A stretch of 64,000 bases of DNA from Octopus vulgaris (GCA_951406725.2 OX597822.1:98580001-98644000), one strand, 5' to 3'; numbered from the stretch's first letter, positions 49,486-63,377 are shown. Notes: generated by a model from the sequence alone, not told the origin. Numbers and translations: made by a program.

Positions 49486-51664
49486 GCAAGGAAAAATTAT
49501 GAAACGCAATTCATATTAAACCATAAATCCAAAAACCCATTCATAAAAGGACCCACAACACAGATTTCCACTGTCCCCCATAAACACCACCTCAACCACA
49601 CCTCAAATACACATACTCTCCAAACTCCCTCCAAACAGGACACAACCTCCCCCAACCATACAAAAGCCCTTTCCCCCCTGAAATATCTCAAACAAGACCC
49701 ACCACAAAACCTGAATCTCTAGTCATTCTAACACCCCCTCCCCCACCGACAAGAACCATCAAGAACCTCCCATACACTAGGAATTATCCCCCCTCAATGC
49801 TCCCCTCTCTCACGCTAATAATAAACAAGGCATCCTACCCACACCGATACATACAATACCCACCCAACGAACCCCTTATAGTCCACCCATCCAACAACCA
49901 CATTCCTACCACATTTCCTACAGATCTCCAAACCCTCACATCCCACACGAACCCAATCATCACAACTACATACCCCCCTACATCCTCCCATACAATCTAC
50001 CATGCAAACACCCACAAACCCACCGCATTTCTCACAAAACCTTACACCATCACATCCCATACCAACATAAGCACTACAACTAACTACCCCCTTCCAACCT
50101 CTCCACCCAAAAACACCCCCACACATGCAACCAGAACATTAATAAACCATACACCCCTTACTTCAACAACCATTTTTTAGACAGAGGAAAAAAATACAAA
50201 CACCACCGCTAACACAGACCCAAAATAAGAAAACAAAAATTATAAACCTCTCCAGCAAAACACTGACACCAACCCAAATCAACATCCTAGCAAGAGGTTT
50301 GAAATTCACACCCACCCCAAGAACACCCAACCCCCGGAGGTCAGGGATGACGTTTCTGAATTCTGCAGAAAACTTCGTTTAACAGAAGCCCTGACAGATC
50401 TCAACAATGAGGACGATTCATTGATCAAAAACAAAAGTAACTTCCTACCATCAAAAGGAAGAAATAAGGCACTGGACGATTTTTGCAAACACATCCAGAG
50501 TCTCCCCTTTACCCCAGGCAAAACCAAGGTAAAATCCAATTTCAGAAGGGTTGGATGGAAAAACCTACGTGATCTACAACTGGACAAAAACCTTACCATC
50601 AAAGAAGCCGACAAAGGGAGCGCTGTGGTCCTTATGGACATGGAGTTTTATAAACACCTAGTGCTTTCCATGCTAAACAAAAACACTTTCTATGAGGTTA
50701 TTAACAACTATAAACAGCAAAAAACAATCAAAAACCTTACCACACTCATACTCCAACATGGTCAGGGACTCACAGAAAAATAAAGGGACTATATCACCAA
50801 TTTCAAATGCAAGCCTAGCCTTTTTTATGGCCTTCCTAAAATCCATAGAGTATGGAATAAAACGCGCCAAAGAACTAGACAACATTTCACTGAAAACCAC
50901 CCAACCCAACAACAGACACAAGCCCAAAATACTTCCATACATTTCCACCCCCAACCCCAAAAATATCGAAGCATACACCACAATCATACAAAAAGTGACT
51001 CTACTTTCAACAGACCCAAAAATGAAAACATTATAAATACACACAAAATCCTCAAATGTAAAAGGCAACACAAATCTTTAAAAAATCTCTTGACAAATGC
51101 CAAACTTTACACACCACATCCACCCCGACAGTTAAAAAATGTGCACGCCCAAACTGTGGCACCTGTCCCTTCCTACTTGAAGGCTCTGAATTTATCTTCA
51201 AACAAAGAACGGAGTTTAAAATCAAGACCAACTTCTCCTGCTCCTCCGAGAACCTTATCTACGTTCTCACATGCGCCGGTTGCCAACATAATTATGTTGG
51301 ACAAACGAGCCTCCCTTTACGTAAAAGAGTAGTGGTGCATAAAGAACAAATAAATCTCCCGGAATACCGGTAAATCCCACTGAGTGACCACATAGACTCA
51401 TGCGCTAAAGACAAAAATCCCAAATTCTACATATTCCCCTTCTACCAATGTAAAAACGGAATCACCACACAGGAGAGAATTAACAAGGAGAATCTCTTTA
51501 TTGAAAAATTCAAAACGCATCTTAATATGCAAACTTCTCGTTGATCATACTTCCTTTTTCCTACCTCATTCTTCATGGATGGACTAACACAAATATATAA
51601 GGATACCATGCAGTCATCACTTCAAGCTAAAACTTATATTCTTTAATTATCATTATTATTATTG

Positions 51665-51699
<35 letters not shown>

Positions 51700-52420
51700 T
51701 TTATTATATATGACATAACAATCTGAAATGTAATTATAAATTGGTTTATGTAAATTTATATAATTAGAAAACAATATAGATAAAGTGTTAAAATCTGAAT
51801 GTTAAGTTAGCAAACAATTATATAAAAAAAGATAATGCAAATGAAGCTAAAATGATAATTTTATAATTTAAGGTTTATTAACAACCTTTATTACAAAAAT
51901 TTGATAAGCCCGAATTGATGAGCTTAAAACCCATAGAGTTATCTCCCCTTATTCACACGAACTGGACTACTACTTCCTGTTTTGCCATTCACTTACAAGA
52001 CATCCTTAATTAAATTAAACAGCACATGGATTTAATCCCATGGATCTCAATCCTCCAAGGTAATTTTTTCAAGAACTATCATTAAACTCAAGATACACAA
52101 AGACTTTACAATGTATCGGAGTACCTATTTTTTATTTTTTATTTTTGTATATATTTATTATTAATTTTTTGCAAAAAACAATGTAATTTTCTTTTTTCCC
52201 CCTCCTCAAATTTAAAACAATTTTTTTCTTTACAATTCTTGAAAAATCACATTATGAAGAAAACCCAGTTTGAATTAATATATATATATATTTTATCAAT
52301 TTTTCAAAATTTTCCATACACCTATTTTCATTAAAATTTTCTTTCAATTTAGCATTCTGCCTTTTTATAATTTTGCCTTGCCTATCATTTCTCCACGTGC
52401 GGTCAACACAACCCCACCAT
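49483..52420 (+). mobile_element. Penelope-like retroelement (Neptune-type), internally deleted
   Basis: RT N-terminal motifs plus GIY-YIG endonuclease with a Cys-rich linker; (TA)n on both sides; outer limits approximate. Confidence 0.8.
50340..51544 (+). pseudogene. Disrupted Penelope RT / GIY-YIG endonuclease ORF
   Basis: TIKEADKGSAVVLMD..FYGLPKIH fused to IEYGIKRAKEL..LPYIST..CARPNCGTC..NLIYVLTCAGCQHNYVGQT..RKRVVVH..ENLFIEKFKTHLN; stops and frameshifts; catalytic RT core absent. Confidence 0.88.
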
Positions 52421-52435
52421 TTATTGATTTATATA

Positions 52436-52497
<62 letters not shown>

Positions 52498-52845
52498 AAT
52501 ATGTGAGTGGATTTACGTATGTATATATATGTACGTATACTTGTATGTATAGATACGTTGGGTATGTACAGGTGTACATTTGTATATGTATGTGTATATA
52601 TGTGGGGCTATATGTATATGTATGTATACGTATGTGTATGTATATGTGCATATACATATATGTATATATGGGTGTGTGTATACGTATGTATGTATACATG
52701 TATGTGTACGCAGGTGTGTGTATGCGTGAACATGTGTAAACATGTACAGACGCATACATGTATATATGTATATATATACATATATATATATGTGTGCGTG
52801 TGTGTATGTGTATATGTGTGTGTACGTGTAGGTATATGTATGTGC

Positions 52846-52891
<46 letters not shown>

Positions 52892-53542
52892 ATTTAGGTT
52901 GACATGGCGTGTGTAATGATACCTACATCAAACATATCACTAGTTGCATGTGACAGGTTTATATATGTGAGAGTGGGTAAGTATGTAGACACACACGTAC
53001 ACACATACAAGATATGCTTAAAGCATGTAGCGTCGGACTGCTATAAACTGACCACTCACTACAACTATATCATTTTTCACTCCTTTTCTCCCCACCTCCG
53101 ATAATTAAATGTAATTTATGACGCTCACCACAGCATCAGAACTTTAACCCATTATCTCTCTATCTTAATCCTTTTGTCTTTACGACCACTTTGTATAATT
53201 TTATATCTTTTTATCTTTATTTCTTTTTATCTTTATATTTGTTTTTTTTAATTTTATTTTTTACTTTCTAATTTTTGTACATTTTACATTTTCACAATAT
53301 ATTTCTAGAATTTATGCCCCTATACCTGACGTTCTTTATATCTTAGCAAAAAAAAAAAATGTAAAAATAGGTAAGACAAATGAAAATATACGAAATAATA
53401 AACCGTTACCTATGTACCATTGGTTTCACTTCTTAATATTTACGTATATGGACATGCAAATACCTGCAAGATCGTCAGCATAGTCTGTCGTTTACAAAAC
53501 ACAATTTCCAGAACTAGACACAGAACGCTCAATCGAAATCCA

Positions 53543-53819
53543 GCATGTATAAATTTCTACAAGTTATATGTAAATGTATCTTGTCAAATGCCTTCACTTT
53601 GGCGCGCTGAGATTGGAAAGTACTCTGCAGTTAATGAACTACAGTAGTAAATTTACCGGTTAGAGAACACTTTATATTTAAAATTAAATAAGGGTAGAAA
53701 TTGATATTAGTCAATTAAAAGCAATTTACTGCTGTAGTTCCTTAACTGCAAAATAATTTCCAATCTCAGCGCGCCAAAGTGAAGGCATTTAAGTATGAAT
53801 TGTAAAACTTTATACATGC
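53543..53819. mobile_element. MITE-like inverted repeat
   Basis: AATGCCTTCACTTTGGCGCGCTGAGATTGGAAA / TTTCCAATCTCAGCGCGCCAAAGTGAAGGCATT plus outer arm matches. Confidence 0.65.
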
Positions 53820-55155
53820 GTCTCTACAAAAGAGTACATCTCCATACACAAATATTAAAATACATAAGAAAAGAATGAGTGAAATAATTTTATGCCCACA
53901 ATACAAATACGTTGTTGTAGATACATTTATATTTATTGCAATACATTTATTCAAATACACAGTTTTATAGGCAATATTCAGATCGATATTATTCTTTTTC
54001 ATATTTTAATATTTATTTTTGCCGCCCTTCATTCTTCGATGCACATCAAATAAACCTTCCTTGAAAACGGTAGAAAATGTTAAGAAATTCATTGTCAATA
54101 TTTAAACAAGGTAATATGGACGGTTTGGATTATAATTGAGTTAGGGAGAGAAATTCTACTAAATTGTAAACTTTATTTAAAAATTGAGGTGAGGGAATAG
54201 AATTCTATTTGACAAGAATTCTATATAACGAATTGTATATACAAATTATAAATTTGAAGAAGAAAAATGCAAAAATTAAATTGCTTCTGAAGTAGATTAT
54301 GCCTGCAAGTGATACCGTAATATCGAAAATACGTGGCAGGACACGTTTCTAAATGTTCTTTTAAAACAAAAACAAACAAAAAAATCAACTTGATTAGCTA
54401 AAAGCAAACAAAACAAACTCTTAGCGAACAAATCTAAGTCTATCGGGAAAGGTCAGAGAAACAAAACACTGTGGATATGAGCTATTCACGTATTTTTGTT
54501 AAGAGAAATAACGAAGTAAAGGAAAGGAAATAAACTCGATGCCATTATTCTATGTCTGGCCAGTTACTTAATAAATTGCCTTGTGAATCCAATAGTTTTA
54601 GAGTACTTCTTAAATGTAGGACTGTAAAGTACAGAAAGCATATACAACATATGCAAATCATAGGGAACATAGAACTAGCGACATTGTATGCTCCTTAAAC
54701 GACAACCGTCACCAATAATAAAGGAAAAAAAAACACTCACATGAAGGTCCTTTTTGAAGAAAACATTCGAGATCTCGTTTTGATACGAAATTTTAAATAT
54801 GTAGAAAGCACCAATAACATCTAAATCATTCTAACAATCGTAAAGGACAACACTTTTGTTCTGTGGAAAGGAGTGTCGTATTTAGAGGGGACAGAAAGGG
54901 AGGCTTAGCTGAATAAATGAATTTATTAGTAATTATGCCTACCGAGAATTATGACATTCCTTAAGATATTAAGGATTTATTTTTTTGGAAAATTTCCAAA
55001 GTTCCTCAATTAGGAAAATTTAGAGCTATTTCAAGATAAAAAATCTTATTTAAAAGATATTTTCTCCGGCTAATTTCAAATATTTATAAGGTATTCTTCA
55101 TAATGTGTCACTTACCTAATATAAATTTATTTATGAATTTAAATATGTTTACATA

Positions 55156-55563
55156 CTCTCTTTACTCTTTTACTTGTTTCAGTCATTTGACTGCGGCCAT
55201 GCTGGAGCACCGCCTTTAGTCGAGCAAATCGACCCCGGGACTTATTCTTTGTAAGCCCAGTACTTATTCTATCGGTCTCTTTTGCCGAACCGCTAAGTGA
55301 CGGGGACGTAAACACACCAGCATCGGTTGTCAAGCAATGCTAGGGGGACAAACACAGACACACAAACATATACACACACACTTATATATATACATATATA
55401 CGACAGGCTTCTTTCAGTTTCCGTCTACCAAATCCACTCACAAGGCATTGGTCGGCCCGGGGCTATAGCAGAAGACACTTGCCCAAGATGCCACGCAGTG
55501 GGACTGAACCCGGAACCATGTGGTTGGTTAGCAAGCTACTTACCACACAGCCACTCCTGCGCC
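55156..55563 (-). mobile_element. SINE family A, full length and young
   Basis: Very close to the majority sequence of the family A copies. Confidence 0.92.
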
Positions 55564-55979
55564 TATGATGTGTTTCTTAAAATTTTATTCTATACAATAC
55601 CCTGAAATATATTACAGAAGCAAGAGAACAACAATGCTGTTGTTTAAAAAATATTAATAATTAAAAGATGAAGAGAAAAGATCAGCTATGTGGTAGGGGT
55701 AGTAGAGTATTTCCATCTTCCGACGATGAGGATTCAGTTGTCCGAGTAACTGAATTATTGGCTCCAGAATTAAGTAGCTGAGTATACCATAGATACGTGT
55801 ACCCTTAACCTTATTCCCAGTTTGACACAGCAAACTTATGAATAAAATGTAGAATTTACCTGAATAGATTCTATATATCTAGCATCTACCGAATCTCACT
55901 CACAATGTTTCAACTTAAACGAGACTTAGAAATTGGCATTTTCCTAAGGTTAAGGTGCTACATAGTGGAATAGAACCCT

Positions 55980-56332
55980 TGACATGGTACTTGCGAAGCA
56001 ATATTCTTATCCATTCAGCCATACTCTGTGTGAATTACTTGCATAGTTACATATGCATCTTCCGTCTTTACGTTCTTAGTTCAAATTCCACTGAGGTCGA
56101 TTCGGAGTCAAGAAAATAAATACCAGTTGAATACTGGGGTCGATGTAGTCCACTTACGGCCTCCTCCTCCGAAATTGCTGGCCATGTGCCAAAATTTGGA
56201 ATCAGTAATTAAATATGCAGTGGAGGTACATGGCCTAGTGATTAGAGCAGCGAACTCGCGGTCGAGGGATCGTGGGTTCGAATCTCAGACCAGGCGATGT
56301 GTGTGTTTATGAGCAAAACACATAAGCTCCAT
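55980..56332 (+). repeat. 353-bp direct duplication (second copy 57841-58193)
   Basis: Near-identical sequence containing a SINE B remnant and a SINE C-type head. Confidence 0.9.
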
Positions 56333-56520
56333 GCTGCTCCGGTAGAAGGTAATGGCGAACTTCTGCTTACTCTTTCGATACAACTTTCTCTCACTCTTTC
56401 CTTCTGCATCCAGCAGTTCACCTGCGACGGACCGGCGTCCCGACCAGGTGGGGAACCTATACGTCAATGAAACCGGGAAACCGGCCCTTAGGAGCCAGGC
56501 ATGGCTAGAGAAGGAACACA
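56221..56520 (+). mobile_element. SINE with family-C head and a different (V-domain-like) 3' part
   Basis: Head TGGCCTAGTGATTAGAGCAGCG..GGTTCGAATCTC; body CCTGCGACGGACCGGCGTCCCGACCAGG. Confidence 0.7.
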
Positions 56521-56994
56521 AATTTAAATATGCAGTTGTATCTTTATAACCTAACATTTTCCATTAAATCTTTTTATACAGCTTTTATAATTTTCATGAA
56601 TTTTTAAAGATGGAATCTTGAAAGCAATTCTAATTTGCATTTAAAATCGTTTCCGTTCAGTTTCTCAAATACGTTTTGGCATCGGAAATTCACTTTTCAT
56701 TTCCAATAAAACAGACAAGTCTAAGAGAGGCAATACTTGCGTATAAACACATGCGATTAACATTGTGATTAATATTTAACTAGAAGTATATAAAAGCCAG
56801 CAAAGTTTGACATTTGGAATTTAAAGGCACATGCCTAAAGCCCAAAAGGCATCTTCTTCACTCCCATAATAAGTGCATCACCACCAAACATATATCTTTT
56901 AAAAAAAATAATGTGTAAACGTGACAAAAGGCGTAGACAACGTGACAAAAACGCAGAATCAGATCCCAATTGTCAACGAAAACCTGTCCACTGA

Positions 56995-57145
56995 CCTCCT
57001 CCTCCCCTTCCTCGTCGTCGTCGTAGTCATCATCACCCTCCTCATCATCGTCGTCATCATCATTATCATCATGGCCATGGTCGTCGTTGTCGTCATCATC
57101 GTCGTCGTCGTCGTCGTCGTCACCGTCATCATCATCATCATTTTC
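56995..57145. repeat. Imperfect (TCA/TCG/TCC)n trinucleotide tract (poly-Asp/Glu on the minus strand)
   Basis: Directly visible. Confidence 0.85.
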
Positions 57146-59226
57146 ATGTGTATCAATGCCATGCACATAATTATCATTTTCCACGATCATGGTCTTGGGT
57201 TTCGTCATAAAGCTGTTTTTATTATCATTATCATTCTCGACATCCTCACTTTAATCATTCGTCCAATATTCGGTGGTTTACTAAGCTAAGGCATGTCATT
57301 TCCTCTAATGAAATGCATATTTATTCTGTAAACATATTTTTTTACCGGAATAGATGGATAATTTCGTGTAACCTTGTGAAGAAAAACAAAATGGCAAATT
57401 CATTTACATTTATTGGTCTGAAACTTTTATGTAAATAGTTTCCGTGTATAATTTAGTATTTATGTTCATATATCAGTATATAATTAATAGACATCTGTAT
57501 TGCTATAAGCGGACATTTAATCAATATTAAAGAATCAAGAAAATGGCAAACAAGAAGAAAAGAAACCAAAAATAACATATTAAAATATAAAAACCAGCTT
57601 CCGATATTTTGGCGACTGGATGCTTTTATGGCGTCATTTCCGATCGTCATATCAAACTATTTACAATTTCTACGTATGCATTTATATATTTATTACTCTC
57701 CTGTGATCTGAAATATATGTGAACGATTAAGCTTCACTGAAAATACCTAAAATGAGCGGAACATGCTCAGATTTCTCAGTTCTCAAACTGTCTTGTCGAA
57801 GATTACACTATTTCTGAAACTCACTATTTCTTCCCTTCCGTGACATGGTATTTGCGAAGCAATATTCTTATCCATTCAGCCATACTCTGTGTGGATTATT
57901 TGCATAGTTACATATGCATCTTCCGTCTTTACGTTCTTAGTTCAAATTCCGCTGAGGTCAATTCGGAGTCAAGAAAATAAATACCAGTTGAATACTGGGG
58001 TCGATGTAGTCCACTTACCGCCTCCGCCTCCGAAATTGCTGGCCATGTGCCAAAATTTGGAATCAGTAATTAAATATGCAGTGGAGGTACATGGCCTGGT
58101 GATTAGAGCAGCGAACTCGCGGTCGAGGGATCGTGGGTTCGAATCTCAGACCAGGCGATGCGTGTGTTTATGAGCAAAACACATAAGCTCCATCTATTTC
58201 TACTTTTATTTAACTAGAACACTGATACGTCAACCTTTTAACAAATTATTCTGTTCGTGAGTTTCAGTTGTCAACCGTGACTTTGATGCGGTTAAGTACA
58301 GGTCAATACGATATTTGCTTCTATTCAATCGGGGTTTATTGTGATTAAAAATATCTTTCCGTTATATTTCCTTTGTAATCTTGTGCTTCACTACTAACCT
58401 GATAATTGACTTTGCGATTAGCAGGTAAAATTACAATTCTTACAATAGTTATAATGAGCAAAAATATTTACAGTTTTAATGTAATGAGATTTATAAGAAA
58501 GACAGATTATGGACATTGTCTGGTGGTTAATGGACGACTCCTAAGTCCGTCTTACAAATAATCTTTTTAAAAATCCTACGTAATTAGTATTTAATCATAT
58601 ACTACTAATCATATTGAAATATTGATAATCCTAATAATTTACAGCAACATGTGATATTATACGTTCACAACAGACATCTCAGTATCACATATATTATACT
58701 TTGTGTTGGCGTATACGCTGAATGAAGTTGGGTCCGACTAGCGAATCCACAACTATGGTTTTGCTGTTGAATCTTCAGCTCAAGTATTCTTGCCAATATT
58801 GTCTGGCATGAAGTTAGTAAGCATTTACATTTATTCAATATTCCCCGTGCTAGTTTGTAATAATTGAACGAATAGCTTTAAGAAAAATGACAAAGAGGTA
58901 TCTGCAGAAATTTGTGAAGGGTAGTAACTACATATGTGATTATTTAAAGTGTTATGCTTTGGTATACACAAGAGTATCACAGTATGAAGTAATTAGCAAT
59001 AGTTCTTTGTACGCTGGAGATTTGGCACAGCTGAGAAGCTATTGAACATGTTTTGGGGACAGTAATTTTTGGCACTGGAGGAAAATGCACACAAGCACCG
59101 AATTACAGTCATACAGAGAGAGTGAATGCAGGTGATAGAGAAGGGAGAGACGTTACAATTCATTAAGACATTCCGTCTTCTAATACACATGAAGAGAAAT
59201 ATGCTCACACACATAAAGGCAGAGAG

Positions 59227-59266
<40 letters not shown>

Positions 59267-59499
59267 TGGAGGAGGACGAGGATGGGGGAGAGAGAGAAAG
59301 TGGATAGGGAGAGAATGAAGGGAATATTAAAATACCTGCGCTAATTATGTCTACGTCGAATCAGTCGAATATCCGGTGCCAAAACAGTTTATACCCACGG
59401 TATCAACACCATAAACAGCTTCTGTAAGGTTATATGTTGTGAGTAGGAAAATTATTAGGTGCCAACCAGTCTCTCATGACTGAACGAACATAAGGTATA

Positions 59500-59635
59500 T
59501 ACGTTCTGAGTTCAAATTCCGCCGAGGTCGACTTTGCCTTTCATCCTTTCGGGGTCGATTAAGTAAGTACCAGTTACGCACTGGGGTCGATGTAATCGAC
59601 TTAATCCGTTTGTCTGTCCTTATTTGTCCTCTCTG
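59500..59635 (+). mobile_element. SINE family B fragment
   Basis: ACGTTCTGAGTTCAAATTCCGCCGAGGTCGACTTTGCC... Confidence 0.85.
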
Positions 59636-59966
59636 ACGATTCTACCTCATTAGGTTTCCTCATTGAAAGTATAGCTTCCACCTTTGTTGGCTGTGTAGCA
59701 ATTAATTTGTTAAGTATAATACGTATAATAAAAATAGAAATGTCGAGTGGCGACGTTTATACTCCTGATAAATTCTTATAAAGTATAACATTCAGAGTTG
59801 TTTCGCCAGCTTGCTTAACCTTAGTAATCATTTTTTTTAATCGTCCCATAATGAAACGCACTTATAATCTTTGTCATTTAACAATCTTAATCAACCTTAA
59901 ATATTCATGCTTACAACAGAATAATTTTTAACGTGGCTGTCGAAATATTTGAAATACAGGTTTTAT

Positions 59967-60353
59967 GTGGAGGCGCAATGGCCCAGTGGTTAGGGCAGCG
60001 GACTCGCGGTCGTAGGATCGCGGTTTTGATTCCCAGACCGGGCGATGTGAGTGTTTATTGAGCGAAAACACATAAAGCTCCACGATGCTCCGGCGGGGAT
60101 GGTGGTGATCCCTGCTGTACTCTTTCACCACAACTTTCTCTCACTCTTACTTCCTGTTTCTGTTGTGCCTGTATTTCAAAGAGCCGGCCTTGTCACTCTC
60201 TGTGTCACGGTGAATATCCCAGAGAACTGTGTCAAGGGTACACGTGTCTGTGGAGTGCTCAGCCACTTACACGTTAATTTCACGAGCAGGCTGTTCCGTT
60301 GATTCGGATCAACCGGAACCCTCGTCGTCGTAACCGACGGAGTGCTTCCATCC
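59967..60353 (+). mobile_element. SINE family C, full length
   Basis: 11-bp TSD ACAGGTTTTAT at 59956-59966 and 60354-60364. Confidence 0.92.
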
Positions 60354-60573
60354 ACAGGTTTTATACGAGCTTTAATATGCAAGCATTATACAATCTTTAA
60401 TGGTATTATCACGGTTAAATACTTCTCATTAAGTGATTACAGTATCTGCTAAATATATTGAAATGTTAGATAGACGAAATGAATGATTTCAAAATTTTAT
60501 CATTGATATCCTGTATATTCTTCCTTAAAACAATTTTTTCATTACCGATACCAATCCGTATTTCTATATATCA

Positions 60574-60946
60574 AGGAAGCACTCCGTCGGTTACGACGAC
60601 GAGGGTTCCGGTTGATCCGAATCAACGGAACAGCCTGCTCGTGAAATTAACGTGTAAGTGGCTGAGCACTCCACAGACACTTGCACCCTTAACGTAATTC
60701 TCGGGGATATTCAGCGTGACACAGAGAGTGACAAGACCGGCCCTTTGAAATACAGGTACAACAGAAACAGGGAGTAAGAGAAAGTTGTGGTGAAAGAGTA
60801 CAGCACCACCATCCCCTGCCGGAGCCTCGTGGAGCTTTTAGGTGTTTTCGCTCAATAAACACTCACAACGCCCGGTCTGGGAATCGAAACCGCGATGCTA
60901 TGACCGCGAGTCCGCTGCCCTAACCACTGGGCCATTGCGCCTCCAC
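60574..60946 (-). mobile_element. SINE family C, inverted
   Basis: Reverse complement of family C. Confidence 0.9.
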
Positions 60947-61086
<140 letters not shown>

Positions 61087-61831
61087 CATACGGTACATGT
61101 ACTACTATCTAAGCTTTTAATTTTCAGTGAATTCAGGATACCTACATAAAAATTCTTATAAATCTCCTTTTCGATTGATCTGATGAGAGATAAGAAATAT
61201 ACTGTTTCCTTTATTTGAATTAAAACGCTAGTAGCTGAATTTCCATGTTAAAACGCAGTGGCTGAGTTAAATCTTTAAAAAAGTTGCAGATATTTCCACT
61301 AGGATTATATAAGTGAGAAATATCAACTGCATTGCTTAAATGAAGGCAGATTATTGAAGGTATTGATATATATGTGTGTTACATATAACGACATCTGAAA
61401 GCGTAATACAACCAAGTGGCTTCTAGAAACACATTAAAATAATTACAACTTCTATATTCTGTATTGTTGTCCATTATGGTTAATTCATGCTCAGTCATGT
61501 TCCTTTCAAACCGAAACTATTCGGTTCGTATGATAAACGTGGTTTTGAAGTTAGCATGGGCTATATAAGTGAATCGATTACATGCTTTTGCACTGTGAAC
61601 CATAAGAGTTATGCTTCTGTGATTCATTGACTTCGTTGTGCTTAATTCGTTTGTTCTATGCACAATCTGGGAAGACACTTCCTCATTTAATACACTTGTG
61701 TAAACACAGGAAAGTATGTAGATGACCGAAGGAATTTGAGTGGAACGCAATGCAGATCTGAAACTTTGCTTATTTGCACCACGTATCTGTGAATTTAAAT
61801 TTTCACTATGAAACTAAATAAACGTTATGCA

Positions 61832-62951
61832 TTACAATGAAAAATGCGGACGCGTGCATGTTAATATTCTTAAGTTATACATCTGGAAAAGTACAGAACA
61901 AGATTTCTACAGTAGAATTTGCCCAATTCGTCACCTCTAAAAGAAACTAAAAAGTACTTAAAATTAAAATTCTACTGTACTTAAAATATTGCACCCGAGA
62001 ATAACATTTTAAAAATTTACTATATTTTATTAAAACAAATATTATAAAAACATTACTGGGTTTTTCCAAAAACAAACCCAACCGATTTTAAGCATATGGG
62101 CGTATATCCAGAAACTCTTTCATGTGTAGGCCCCAGTAATGTTTATTATTTTCATAACAAAAATTATTTAAGCAAAATTATCTAAGTCTGTATTTAAGCC
62201 TATGAACATATTTTTGGAAAACACAGTATTTTAAACATGAAATAAAGTAAAATTAATTTTAAAAAATACAGTAGGGTTCGCTAATTAATCATCCCTAAGA
62301 GAAAATTGAAAGTGACGAATTAGGTGACGTGACGAATTAGCCAAAGAGGAATTAGACTAATTCTACTGTATTAATGCTAACTAATAAATTTTACTTATGA
62401 TTTGTCAGATTAATTTTTTTTAATGTGGAAGAATTGACTGAGCATATGGCTGAGATGAAATCATTTAATGACCATGCTACAGTGTTTTGCTTTTGAAATG
62501 GGATTTCAGTTGAAGTGAAAAAATCTTGTGCAATATTATTTAGAAATTCATATTTTATTGCTTGTATTTGATACAGCTAAATGAAACAACTATTTTGATT
62601 GTATATTTAAAACAAAAAACATGATTTAAAAAGTCTTTTTGTTTAAATTTATTTTTGACCATTTTTGTACCATGTTTTTAAGTTTTTAAGGATTTACTTG
62701 TTTTTTAGATTCTCATAATAGATAAAATAATTTATCTCAAATTTACCTAATTTAATGTATTTTAAATTTTAAAATGCTACCCTCGGCTACAATATTTTAA
62801 ATACAGTTGAATTTTAATTTTAAGTACTTTTTAGCTTTCTTTAGATGTGACGAATTGGGCAAATTCTGCTGTAGAAATCTTGTTCTGGACTTTTCCAGGT
62901 GTAATAACTTAAGAATATTAACATGCATGCACCTGCATTTTTCGTTGTAAT
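61832..62951. mobile_element. Non-autonomous TIR element with about 160-bp arms and nested TA-CAGTAG mini-elements
   Basis: Arms 61832-61991 and 62790-62951; TA|CAGTAG...CTACTG|TA units at about 61910-61977 and 62269-62368. Confidence 0.65.
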
Positions 62952-63377
62952 TCACTTTTTCCAGGCAATGCAATAAAACTTATAAATATACTTTTGTTAA
63001 AAAAAATATCTTAATTATTCGATGAATGAATTAAAATGAAAATTTTATGTTATCGTTTATTTTTAATTTTTACCAATTTTTTTCTTAAATTCTAAAACTA
63101 AGAAAAAATTATCTGGACAGGGTTTCGTTGCAATGGCTAATATAAAAATTATTTTGAAAATGCAGAAATAGACAATGCATCCGCCATAAGGCACGAGGAG
63201 CCGCGTGCCCTTTTGCTTTATCTGAACAGCATTACAAGAAACCTTCAAGTCTTTTCATTGAAAGAAGGAAACAATAACAATATTCTGTTGTATCTTGGGG
63301 AGAGTCATTCTCTTTTAGTGCCTTCTTACTTAACACACTCACCGGTAAAATTTCCACTTATTTCTTATTTTTATTTT

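Noticed and set aside
49797-50180. Pro/Thr-rich 127-aa ORF as a mucin-like host gene
   Set aside because: Lies within the C/A-skewed 5' part of the Penelope-like element.
61180-61200. CTGATGA...GAAA as a hammerhead
   Set aside because: Intervening GAGATAA cannot form stem II and no stem I pairing was found.
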